Source: a virus. Taken from it: a stretch of DNA of 41,304 bases. The translations under genes and the position numbers were made by a program. Of this stretch, positions 5,890-13,024 are shown piece by piece. Where the stretch lies: positions 1 through 41,304 of IMG/VR virus record IMGVR_UViG_3300045988_027240; one strand, written 5' to 3'. The notes beneath the pieces are model-generated. The model did no database searches, was not told the origin of the DNA, and worked only from the letters and a program-made list of their open reading frames with translations. Position 1 is the first letter of the stretch. The number at the start of each line of letters is the position of its first letter.

Positions 5890-8387
5890 AGGCCACCTCC
5901 CACCAGATCAAACAGGGAAATGTTCCTGTCCTCTTCCTCGTACTCCTTCAGATACCCCACGGCATCCCGGAAATAGCCGTCGTTCAGCTCGATGGTGTAC
6001 CCCCGCCGCCCGGCCTTCATGGCTTCCAGGGCAACGGTGCCCAGGCCGCCGAAGGGGTCCAGCACCAGGTCTCCGGGGTTGCTGTACCGATTGATGAGCC
6101 TGTCCACGATGTCCAGCTGCAGGGGGCAGACGTGCATCTGCTGGCGGCGCTGGCTCTGGGTGGTGTTGAGCGTTTTCATCCGGTTGATATCGTCCCAGAC
6201 CTCATCTGTCCAGCTTCCGGGCGCCACCACCATGAAGGTGGCGGGGAGTTTTCCGTCCTCGTCCAGCTCCTTCGCCATCCGGACGTGCTCGGCGTAGTCG
6301 TACACCGTCCCCCGGCTCAAGCGCCGGTAGGCCGCCTGGATCTTCCCGGTGTCCATGGCCATGATCTCCTCTTTGGTGAGGAGCCGATCTCCGGAAGAGC
6401 GCCAGAAGCCGTGGGCGTCGATCTGCCACTGTGCCCGGGTGTAGTCCTCCTTGGATTTCGCCACCGGCTCGTCGGCATAGGCCTTGGACCGGTCCGTGGG
6501 CAGCTTACGGAAAAGCAGGATGTACTCCGGGCATCCGACGCCCATCTTGGAACCGTCCTTGCACTGCTCCGTCCACCCCAGGCGATAGGTCTGGTTGTTC
6601 TCCCGCACCACGTCCGTGACCACGGTTATCATGCCGAAGTAGGCGAAGCCGTGGGCCATGTAATGGCGGATGCACATGGCGTGAAAGGGCTCCATGGTGG
6701 GCATCCCCATCCCCGTGGCGTTGCCGAAGAGGACCCGGTCCTTCACGTGGCAGCAAAACACACGCCCCGGCTTCAGCACCCGCAGCAGATTCGGGCTGAG
6801 GTAGTCCATCTGCTCGAAGAAGCGCCGGGTGTCCTCGTTGTGCCCGAAATCGTTGTAGCTGGGGGTGTACTCGTAATGATTGGAGAATGGGATGGAGGTC
6901 ACAATGAGATCCACGCTGTTTTCCGCCATGCGGGCGGTCTCCTCCACGCAATCGTTGTTGACTGCCGTAAAGTTCTTTCCCTTCACTTCCACTCTCTCAA
7001 CTCCAATGCTCCGGCTCATGCGCTCGGTCTGCGCCGCACCGCTGAGCCCGTATTTCTGGACGATATCCCGCATCCGCTCCTGCATGGCGTTGTGCTGTTT
7101 CCACTTTTCCAGCAGCACCCGGTAGATGGGGTCCTCCGCCTCCATGTAGATGATGTCGATGACCACCGGCTCAGACTGCAGGAAGCGGTATATCCGGTGG
7201 ATGGCCTGAATGAAATCATTGAATTCGTAGTCGATGCCGACGAAGATGGCCCGGTGGCAGTGCCGCTGGAAGTTGCAGCCGGAGCCGGAGAGGCTTTTCT
7301 TCGTGGCGAAGAGCCGGGTCCGTCCTTCGGAGAAGTCGATGACCCGCCGCTCCCGCTCCGCATAGTCCATGCTGCCGTAGATGTCCACGGCCCCCGGCAG
7401 TGCCCGGAGCAGAGCGTGGCGCTCCGCCTCCAGGTCATGCCAGAGGAGGAAGTGGGCCTCCGGGTCACTCTCCACAATCTCCCGGGCCACGGCCACCCTG
7501 GCCTCGATGCTCTCCCGCTTCTCCCGGCTGGCCTCCGCCAGGGAGACCGCAGCGTCATTGGTGAGCTTGTACTGCCCGTCCCGGTCCACTTCCTTGCCGT
7601 AGTCATCCCGGACAACGTGGGTCCGGACCTCCAGCGGCGGCAGGTCATAGCCGGTATCGTCATAGCCCAGGTCGGAGGGCCGCCCGATGAAGAGCGCCCA
7701 GGAAGAGACCCATAGCCAGAACTCATCCTCCTTGTGGGGATAGAGGGTCAGGTTGTTGGCCTTGGTGCTGTCCCGCTGGAAAAATCGGGTCAACGCCTGT
7801 CCGGTGTCCATGATCTCCAGGTATCCGGCGTAGTGGATGAGCTCCTTATACCGGTTGGGGGACGGCGTGGCCGTGGAGACCAGCTTATACTTCACGCCCC
7901 GGAACTTGGGGAGGAACGTCTGGTAGGTCTTGCTCCCGAAGCTCCGCAGCACGGACGCCTCGTCCAGAGCCACGGCCGTAAAGCAGGTCGGGTCGATGTC
8001 CCCGTCCCGCACCCGCTCATAGTTGGTCATCACGATCTCGGCATCTGTCCCGGCCAGGTCCTCCATAGAGGTGATGTAGACCGGGGCGGGATAGCCAAGG
8101 ATCTCCCGGGCGTCTCTGGCGAACTCCTGCCGCACGCCCAGGGGGAGCACGATCAGGGCCCTCCCGCCATCGTGCCGCACGGCCTGATGGCAGAACTCGA
8201 TCTCCTGCACGGTCTTCCCCAGGCCGAAGGATTCAAAGAGCGCCCGGCGTCCGCCCCGCAGAGCCCAGACCACAGCGTCCCGCTGGTGGGGTTTCAACCC
8301 CGGATTGACCTCCCCAGGGTCCAGCTCAAATCCGCTCTCCTTCGCCAGAACGATCTTCGAGCGGAGAAATTCAAGATAGGTTTCCAT
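5886..8387 (-). CDS. SNF2-family helicase fused to a beta-class N6A/N4C DNA methyltransferase
   Basis: Helicase motifs GLGKT, DEAS and QAIHRIYR. Methylase motif IV-like DLIVTSIPF and motif I DPFGGLGT. ATG 8387 has an AAGGAGG SD. Confidence 0.85.
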   Translation of the reverse strand: METYLEFLRSKIVLAKESGFELDPGEVNPGLKPHQRDAVVWALRGGRRALFESFGLGKTVQEIEFCHQAVRHDGGRALIVLPLGVRQEFARDAREILGYPAPVYITSMEDLAGTDAEIVMTNYERVRDGDIDPTCFTAVALDEASVLRSFGSKTYQTFLPKFRGVKYKLVSTATPSPNRYKELIHYAGYLEIMDTGQALTRFFQRDSTKANNLTLYPHKEDEFWLWVSSWALFIGRPSDLGYDDTGYDLPPLEVRTHVVRDDYGKEVDRDGQYKLTNDAAVSLAEASREKRESIEARVAVAREIVESDPEAHFLLWHDLEAERHALLRALPGAVDIYGSMDYAERERRVIDFSEGRTRLFATKKSLSGSGCNFQRHCHRAIFVGIDYEFNDFIQAIHRIYRFLQSEPVVIDIIYMEAEDPIYRVLLEKWKQHNAMQERMRDIVQKYGLSGAAQTERMSRSIGVERVEVKGKNFTAVNNDCVEETARMAENSVDLIVTSIPFSNHYEYTPSYNDFGHNEDTRRFFEQMDYLSPNLLRVLKPGRVFCCHVKDRVLFGNATGMGMPTMEPFHAMCIRHYMAHGFAYFGMITVVTDVVRENNQTYRLGWTEQCKDGSKMGVGCPEYILLFRKLPTDRSKAYADEPVAKSKEDYTRAQWQIDAHGFWRSSGDRLLTKEEIMAMDTGKIQAAYRRLSRGTVYDYAEHVRMAKELDEDGKLPATFMVVAPGSWTDEVWDDINRMKTLNTTQSQRRQQMHVCPLQLDIVDRLINRYSNPGDLVLDPFGGLGTVALEAMKAGRRGYTIELNDGYFRDAVGYLKEYEEEDRNISLFDLVGGGL

Positions 8388-8398
8388 GGGGTCCTCCT

Positions 8399-9223
8399 TC
8401 ACCCGTCGTAACAGCCACACGGAGCACCGCAGAGACAACCACCAGGGCTATCAGGAAATAATTCATCAAAAGTGATCTGTGCATCCTCGAAAGCCTTGTT
8501 CTCCATGAACTCCTTGTAGTAACTCTCCCAGGACCAGTTACGGCCAAGCCCTTTGACATTCACATTGGTTGCTGCGGCCCCGTGCTCAATCGCTACTGCA
8601 CGCTGGAACAAATCCGGGTAGTTCTCCCATAGTGCCTGTATTTCCTTCTTTTTCATGGATGGGCAGAAGAAGCACGAACTTTTCCCTGGCCTCGGAAGCC
8701 CGGCCCGCTCAATCACACGCACACACTCCTCACGGGTCCAGCCCCATTCATAGAGAGGGTAACGATTTTCGTATTTTTTGTTTGCCTCGTCCGCCGGGGC
8801 GGCGTGCTGGATGCGACGGGTCTCCCCAGCATCGTACCCGATGAACTTATGGACGCGCTGGCCACTGGCCCACGCATCCTTGCACGGCTGATAGTTATTG
8901 CAGAACTTTTCCTGCGTCCCTATCTTGTGCTTGAGGGAGCAACGTTTGAAACCGTATGCAATGGATGGCAGTGTTCCGCTGTTGATGCACTCCTGCTCCA
9001 ACGTCAGGCGGTTTCCATCCTTATCGTGGTACTGCACGGAGGTGATTTTCGGAAGCCCGTGCTGTTCCAGCCAGCCATTGAAGGTCTCGATAAACGCATA
9101 GGTGTGCGGCTGCTCCCCTCCGGTATCAGCGAACAGAATCAGGTCTATCGGGATCTTGCGCAGGTACATCCCGATAATCATGGCGGTGCTGTTGGTCCCA
9201 CCGCCGAAAGAAACAATGTTCAT
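8399..9223 (-). CDS. PAPS-reductase-like PP-loop ATP pyrophosphatase
   Basis: PP-loop SFGGGTNS near the N-terminus, plus ADTGGEQPHTY. C-terminal Cys clusters CFFCP and CLCGAPCGC. Internal ATG 9223 was chosen because the upstream track extension is Gly/Pro noise. Confidence 0.75.
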   Translation of the reverse strand: MNIVSFGGGTNSTAMIIGMYLRKIPIDLILFADTGGEQPHTYAFIETFNGWLEQHGLPKITSVQYHDKDGNRLTLEQECINSGTLPSIAYGFKRCSLKHKIGTQEKFCNNYQPCKDAWASGQRVHKFIGYDAGETRRIQHAAPADEANKKYENRYPLYEWGWTREECVRVIERAGLPRPGKSSCFFCPSMKKKEIQALWENYPDLFQRAVAIEHGAAATNVNVKGLGRNWSWESYYKEFMENKAFEDAQITFDELFPDSPGGCLCGAPCGCYDG

Positions 9224-9225
9224 CT

Positions 9226-9588
9226 CTACACCGCCAATCTGTCCATCAGCGCCGCCCAGCGGAGGGTGATCCAGGCGAGGCCCCGGATCTCCCGGTTGAC
9301 CAGCGCCGCCCCCTTGGCCTTGGAAAAGTGCTTGCAATCCGGGGAGAACCATGCTCCGGCTACCGGACGGCCCCGGCAGACCTCCCGTGGGTCGATGTCC
9401 CAGACACTCGCCTGGTAATGCTCGGTGTAAGGGTGGTTGGTCTTGTGCATCAGGATCGCCGCCGGGTCATGGTTGATGGCAGCCGCCACCGTAACGCCCA
9501 GGCCTATCTCGATCCCCGTGGATGCCCCGCCGCCTCCGGCGAAGTTGTCCACGAAGATCTCCTGGTTCATGTCCTCCTGGTATCTCAT
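9226..9588 (-). CDS. C5 cytosine DNA methyltransferase, N-terminal fragment only (motifs I and IV); probable truncated gene
   Basis: DNFAGGGG (motif I) and SPDCKHFSKAKG (motif IV, PC). Stops at 120 aa before ENV/QRR/GN, and no remainder is found in any frame downstream. Confidence 0.65.
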   Translation of the reverse strand: MRYQEDMNQEIFVDNFAGGGGASTGIEIGLGVTVAAAINHDPAAILMHKTNHPYTEHYQASVWDIDPREVCRGRPVAGAWFSPDCKHFSKAKGAALVNREIRGLAWITLRWAALMDRLAV

Positions 9589-9683
9589 CAGCGCCGCCCC
9601 TCGATCCTGTCGATGAGCCGGAACACCCAGCCCGTAGCCGTCCCGGCCCCGATGATGACCAGCGCCAGCGTGTATCCATCCAT
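9588..9683 (-). CDS. 31-aa hydrophobic peptide (candidate)
   Basis: GAGGAGGA SD 7 nt before ATG 9683. MDGYTLALVIIGAGTATGWVFRLIDRIEGRR. Its stop is ATGA-coupled to the next gene. Below the track length cutoff. Confidence 0.35.
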   Translation of the reverse strand: MDGYTLALVIIGAGTATGWVFRLIDRIEGRR

Positions 9684-9696
9684 GTGTTTGTCCTCC

Positions 9697-9903
9697 TCAT
9701 TTCTTCGGCGTCGCCCGCATCTCGATCCACTCATCCAGGAGCCGGGTGAAGATTTGGTAGACCGGCTTGATGCCCCCCTGGATGCAAAGGCCGAAGGGGT
9801 AGAGCCCCTGCTGGATGCCGGCGCCAAGCGTGGTGTTGGTGATCCGCATACCGTGCTGCCGTAGGTACTCTGTGGCCTCGTTGAGCGACATGGTCTCGAT
9901 CAT
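9697..9903 (-). CDS. small HTH DNA-binding protein (excisionase/MerR-like)
   Basis: 68 aa, ATGA-coupled to the cro-like gene. LNEATEYLRQHGMRITNTTL resembles excisionase-family HTHs. Confidence 0.45.
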   Translation of the reverse strand: MIETMSLNEATEYLRQHGMRITNTTLGAGIQQGLYPFGLCIQGGIKPVYQIFTRLLDEWIEMRATPKK

Positions 9904-10121
9904 GCGCTCTCACCCGCCCTTGCTTCCTGCGCCGCCCGGATGGCGGCGATGATCTCCTCGTCGGTGACGTGGTACAGCTTCGCCAGCTTCGGAACAAACT
10001 TGCTTGCGATGCCGTTGGCTCCTCGCTCCCACTGGGAAACGGCATTCTGGGAAACATACAGCTTCCGTGCGACATAGGGCTGTTTCAGCCCCGCCGCCTC
10101 CCGGAGCTCCTTCAATGTCAA
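9900..10121 (-). CDS. Cro-like XRE-family HTH regulator
   Basis: TTG 10121 lies 6 nt after AAAGGAGGG. LKELREAAGLKQPYVARKLYVSQNAVSQWERG is a canonical XRE HTH. The track ATG at 10214 has no SD and would overlap a promoter. Confidence 0.7.
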   Translation of the reverse strand: MTLKELREAAGLKQPYVARKLYVSQNAVSQWERGANGIASKFVPKLAKLYHVTDEEIIAAIRAAQEARAGESA

Positions 10122-10155
10122 ATGAAACCCTCCTTTCAATATGAAGAACTTCAGC

Positions 10156-10184
10156 TTGACAAACAGAGATACGGCCGCTATTAT
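10156..10184 (+). promoter_or_regulatory. sigma-70/SigA-type promoter, rightward (TTGACA-17-TATTAT)
   Basis: Read directly: TTGACA at 10156..10161, 17-nt spacer, TATTAT at 10179..10184. Confidence 0.6.
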
Positions 10185-10235
10185 GTAAGTGTCAGCCAAC
10201 AAAATATCGGCCATAGGCCCGCAGAACGGAGAAAT

Positions 10236-10256
10236 CCGAGGGGGGCTTGGTTTTTT
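10236..10256 (+). terminator. weak hairpin plus T6 (CCGAG-GGGGG-CTTGG-TTTTTT)
   Basis: 5-bp stem including one G-U pair, followed by six T. About 65 nt downstream of the rightward promoter. Confidence 0.3.
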
Positions 10257-10282
10257 GTTGCCTTGTGAAGTTCTGTAAGGCT

Positions 10283-10311
10283 ATTATAGCTTTGATTTTC
10301 GCAGTTGTCAA
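10283..10311 (-). promoter_or_regulatory. consensus promoter, leftward, for the cro-like/early operon (TTGACA-17-TATAAT)
   Basis: On the minus strand: TTGACA at 10311..10306, 17-nt spacer, TATAAT at 10288..10283. Perfect consensus. Confidence 0.7.
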
Positions 10312-10329
10312 CGGAATAACTGCGTTTTT
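10300..10329 (+). terminator. hairpin CGCAGTT-11 nt-AACTGCG followed by TTTTT
   Basis: 7-bp stem then a T5 run on the plus strand. Overlaps the -35 of the leftward promoter, so it could also be an operator. Confidence 0.3.
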
Positions 10330-10393
10330 CACAGTTTTGTCATTCTAAACAAAAAGTCGCCTTTCATTTTGGCGGCTTTGAAAGGTTTATTGT

Positions 10394-11317
10394 ATGTCAG
10401 ACGATTTTAAAATTCCGTTTTTTAAGTCGCAAAGAAACAGTCTGGCGTTGCATTTATTTTTGGATGCAGACAGGGCCAAAGAAAAAGCAAACAAAGCCAG
10501 GACAATTTCAGAATTTATAGAAAATTACGACATAATACTCGACCGGTTCAAAAAATTATCTTTAATGAACGGAAAAGTAACAAGCGTAAAGGGCGATTTG
10601 CAGATAGAGTTCTGGCGGCTTGAAACTGAATTCCAAAAACATTTCTATGACGCAATAGAACGAAGTGGAGATCAAATCATAAAAAACCGCAAGGGCTTGT
10701 ACAAATACGATGACGAATATATTAGGCGTAGCATTAAACAATTTGGAATCGATATAAAGAAATATTTTTCCCGCGGAGACGCCAAAACGCAAGAATTTGC
10801 AAAAGCTAAATACCGTTATGTCTGCCACGAATGCGGAATGCTAGATTTAATCAATGAAACTCAACATCGGCGGGAAAATTCCGATTTAGACATAGAAGCA
10901 ATTATAAAAGAAGAAGAAAATTGGAGGAGGCAGCAGCAAGGCATTGCAGCCCCCGAGGATGAATTAAATAAAGTGGACTTAATGAATGGCCCTGACTTTG
11001 AACATTGGTGCGCCAAAATTCTTGGAAAAAATGGATTTGAAAAAGTCGCAGTAACGCCGGAAAGCGGAGATCAAGGAGTAGATGTTTTAGCGGAAAAAGA
11101 TGGCATTAAATATGCTATCCAATGCAAATGCTATTCTTCCGATTTGGGGAATACGCCAATCCAAGAGGTAAACGCAGGAAAAGCCATTTATCGTTGCCAT
11201 ATCGGAGTTGTTATGACAAATCGCTTTTTCACATCAGGCGCAAAGGAAGCGGCTGAAGCTACTGGCGTTTTACTTTGGGACAGAAACAAGCTTAAAGAGC
11301 TAATTAACAGTATTTAA
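10394..11317 (+). CDS. Mrr_cat (PD-(D/E)xK restriction-endonuclease-like) domain protein with unknown ~190-aa N-terminal domain
   Basis: C-terminal GPDFEHWCAKILGKNGFEKV…SGDQGVDVLAEKDG…YAIQCKCY…FTSGAKEAA matches the Mrr catalytic domain pattern. Clearly AT-richer than the rest of the genome. Confidence 0.75.
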   Translation: MSDDFKIPFFKSQRNSLALHLFLDADRAKEKANKARTISEFIENYDIILDRFKKLSLMNGKVTSVKGDLQIEFWRLETEFQKHFYDAIERSGDQIIKNRKGLYKYDDEYIRRSIKQFGIDIKKYFSRGDAKTQEFAKAKYRYVCHECGMLDLINETQHRRENSDLDIEAIIKEEENWRRQQQGIAAPEDELNKVDLMNGPDFEHWCAKILGKNGFEKVAVTPESGDQGVDVLAEKDGIKYAIQCKCYSSDLGNTPIQEVNAGKAIYRCHIGVVMTNRFFTSGAKEAAEATGVLLWDRNKLKELINSI

Positions 11318-11332
11318 TTAGGAAATAATTGT

Positions 11333-11794
11333 ATGGCAAAACGTGATATTGTAAATGTCGACTGTGAAAAAACCATTTTGCTTATAAAAGCAAACGAATG
11401 GAATAATTCTTCCTTTTCAAGGAAAGTCGGAAAATATAGTTCGTGGTTTGGAGAGGTACTAAGGGGGCACAATCTCCCATCCCCAGAAGAAGCCGCCCGC
11501 ATGTGCATCCTCCTAAAAACTACCCCCGAAGAAATCCTGCTGCACGAAGGCGAGACAGATGAAGAAACGGCCAAGTGCCTGGAGGATATCCAGCGGGTGA
11601 AAGAGCTGGTGGAGGAGCTGACGGCGAAGAGCGAAGAAAAGCGCTCCGCCAAAGGCGAAGCGCTTAGTCCTGTGGAGCAAGAAATTTTTGATTTTATTTC
11701 CGCCGCATCCGTCGAAGAAATTGCGGAAGTGCTGCGATTTATCGGATATCTGAAAAGCAAAAGGGAGCAAGCTCATGGACCTTCCGAAATTTGA
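11333..11794 (+). CDS. CI-like HTH regulator (candidate prophage repressor)
   Basis: 153 aa. The N-terminal region (…NNSSFSRKVGKYSSWFGEVLRGHNLPSPEEAARMCILLKTTPEEILL) is XRE-like, and the C-terminal half is acidic and helical. Confidence 0.55.
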   Translation: MAKRDIVNVDCEKTILLIKANEWNNSSFSRKVGKYSSWFGEVLRGHNLPSPEEAARMCILLKTTPEEILLHEGETDEETAKCLEDIQRVKELVEELTAKSEEKRSAKGEALSPVEQEIFDFISAASVEEIAEVLRFIGYLKSKREQAHGPSEI

Positions 11795-12002
11795 AGAATT
11801 CAAGAAGCAAATAAACCTTGATTCTGCCGCCTACGATTTTAACACGCTCATTTCTGCGGCTATGCCTTCTGGAACGGTTCCATTCACTCCGGAGCAAATT
11901 TCTGCTCTGGCCGCATGCTCTGTTTCGGCGGCTCTTGCGCTTCTTCAACAATACCACACATGGCTTTCCGAAACGCTTCAGTCATCGCAGCCAGAGGAGT
12001 AA
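11775..12002 (+). CDS. hypothetical 75-aa protein (coding strand ambiguous)
   Basis: AAGGGAG SD 7 nt before the ATG. Fully overlapped by an SD-led 43-aa ORF on the minus strand. Confidence 0.35.
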   Translation: MDLPKFEEFKKQINLDSAAYDFNTLISAAMPSGTVPFTPEQISALAACSVSAALALLQQYHTWLSETLQSSQPEE

Positions 12003-12148
12003 CGCTTTCCGCCATTTTTCATCCTCCTAATTTGACCAAGCAGAGCTATTTTTTCCTCATCAGAAAGCAAAAGCACTGCGGCTTTCAGCTTCTCCCGCAC
12101 GTCTTCCGGCGCAAGCGCCGAAGATCCCGCACACAACAGTTCCTTCAA
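11978..12148 (-). CDS. candidate 56-aa ORF, possible remnant of a regulator C-terminus
   Basis: TTG start. The translation …APEDVREKLKAAVLLLSDEEKIALLGQIRRM… is protein-like, while the plus strand here has no credible ORF. Weak SD. Confidence 0.25.
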   Translation of the reverse strand: MKELLCAGSSALAPEDVREKLKAAVLLLSDEEKIALLGQIRRMKNGGKRYSSGCDD

Positions 12149-12261
12149 TTCCCCGCCTTCTTTCCTCTTAGTTTATACAATTCGCAATCGCAAGTCAACA
12201 ACAAGATTCCAATATGTAATACTATATCGATTGGGGAGCCAATCGCAATTGTGTTCTGATT

Positions 12262-12295
12262 GGCCCCTCCGCCGCCTGCAACCGGCGGAGGGGCC
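12262..12295. terminator. 13-bp perfect GC-rich inverted repeat (GGCCCCTCCGCCG / CGGCGGAGGGGCC), 8-nt loop, no U-tract
   Basis: Read directly. Sits between the AT-rich block and the membrane-anchored XRE gene. Confidence 0.4.
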
Positions 12296-12374
12296 GTGCA
12301 GCAGATGTCCTGAGACCACTTATCTGCTACGCCTACATGGTAGCAGATTCCAGCCCGTCGGCGCTATGCCCGCA

Positions 12375-12445
12375 CCGGTAAAATTGGAATTTTTATGGAA
12401 AATGATTTTACCGGCAGGGGCGCTTTGTGCCCGTGCTGGTAAAAT
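12375..12445. promoter_or_regulatory. three GGTAAAAT motifs (two forming a 10-bp inverted repeat CCGGTAAAAT…ATTTTACCGG): candidate operators
   Basis: Copies at 12377..12384 (forward), 12405..12412 (reverse) and 12438..12445 (forward). All lie upstream of ATG 12471. Confidence 0.45.
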
Positions 12446-12470
12446 TTTGGAAATTGGAGGCGGATATACC

Positions 12471-13022
12471 ATGTCAGCGATCCAGGAGCTTGCACCGTAT
12501 ATCGAGGATTACCCACATCGGGTGAGAGCCGCAAAGGAGGAAAAGCACTACACCATCAGCGATATCATCGAGCGCTCCGGCGTCTCGGCATCGGCTGTCA
12601 ACAAGCTGCTGGCGGGAACGCAGATGGAGCCAAAGCTCTACAACTCGGCGGCCCTCTGCAAGGTCCTGGGCCTCTCCATGGACGAGCTCTTCGGCCTCGT
12701 TGCCCCGGAGGGCAGCGACCGGCAGGCCAGAGAGGAGATGCACCAGCTCCAGCTGGAGAATGTCCGCCTGGAGGCGGAGAATCGCATGGGGGCGGAGCGG
12801 GTGGACGCCCAGCGCCCGGTGATCCTGGCCCTGCTGGTCCTCTGCACCGCTCTCTGCGCGGCGCTGGCCGGCTACATCGCCATTGACGCCCAGATCAGCA
12901 ACGCCGGTCTGATCCGGGGCGGAGACCCCACCGTTGTGGCATGGGGCATCATCGTCCTGCTGGTCCTGGCCGTCGCCGTCGTCGCCTGGGCCATGGTCCG
13001 CGCCATCCGGCGCGGGAAATAA
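12471..13022 (+). CDS. membrane-anchored XRE-family HTH regulator
   Basis: TGGAGG SD before ATG 12471. HTH YTISDIIERSGVSASAVNKLLAG, then a coiled coil (QLQLENVRLEAENR), then two hydrophobic helices (VILALLVLCTALCAALAGYI and WGIIVLLVLAVAVVAWAMV). Confidence 0.7.
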   Translation: MSAIQELAPYIEDYPHRVRAAKEEKHYTISDIIERSGVSASAVNKLLAGTQMEPKLYNSAALCKVLGLSMDELFGLVAPEGSDRQAREEMHQLQLENVRLEAENRMGAERVDAQRPVILALLVLCTALCAALAGYIAIDAQISNAGLIRGGDPTVVAWGIIVLLVLAVAVVAWAMVRAIRRGK

Positions 13023-13024
13023 CC

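Noticed and set aside
6132-7715. Very long plus-strand ORFs opposite the minus-strand genes: 6132..7715 (527 aa), 4365..5504, 4756..5976, 18354..19523, 22411..23628, 26361..27659, 30165..31352, 34791..35849 and 37440..38534.
   Set aside because: They are Arg/Pro/Gly/His/Leu-rich antisense shadow frames typical of high-GC DNA. They have no SD sequences and no motifs, and the opposite strand carries genes with clear family signatures.
8371-8559. Searched the frames downstream of the PP-loop gene and the N-terminal extension of the helicase ORF for the missing C-terminal two-thirds of the C5 methyltransferase, to test for a split gene, intron or intein.
   Set aside because: No ENV, QRR or GN motif-containing frame was found anywhere between 5886 and 9226. 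The simplest reading is a truncation, not a split gene.
9900-10214. The track's 104-aa version of the cro-like gene, starting at ATG 10214.
   Set aside because: That ATG has no SD. Its first 31 codons are AT-rich and contain a consensus rightward promoter. TTG 10121 sits 6 nt after AAAGGAGGG and gives a standard 73-aa XRE protein.
12231-12470. An 80-codon N-terminal extension of the membrane-anchored XRE regulator (track start TTG 12231), and similarly 12941..13024 for the integrase.
   Set aside because: The extensions run through hairpins and operator repeats and have no SD. The internal ATGs at 12471 and 13025 have SDs and give proteins that start where family homology starts.
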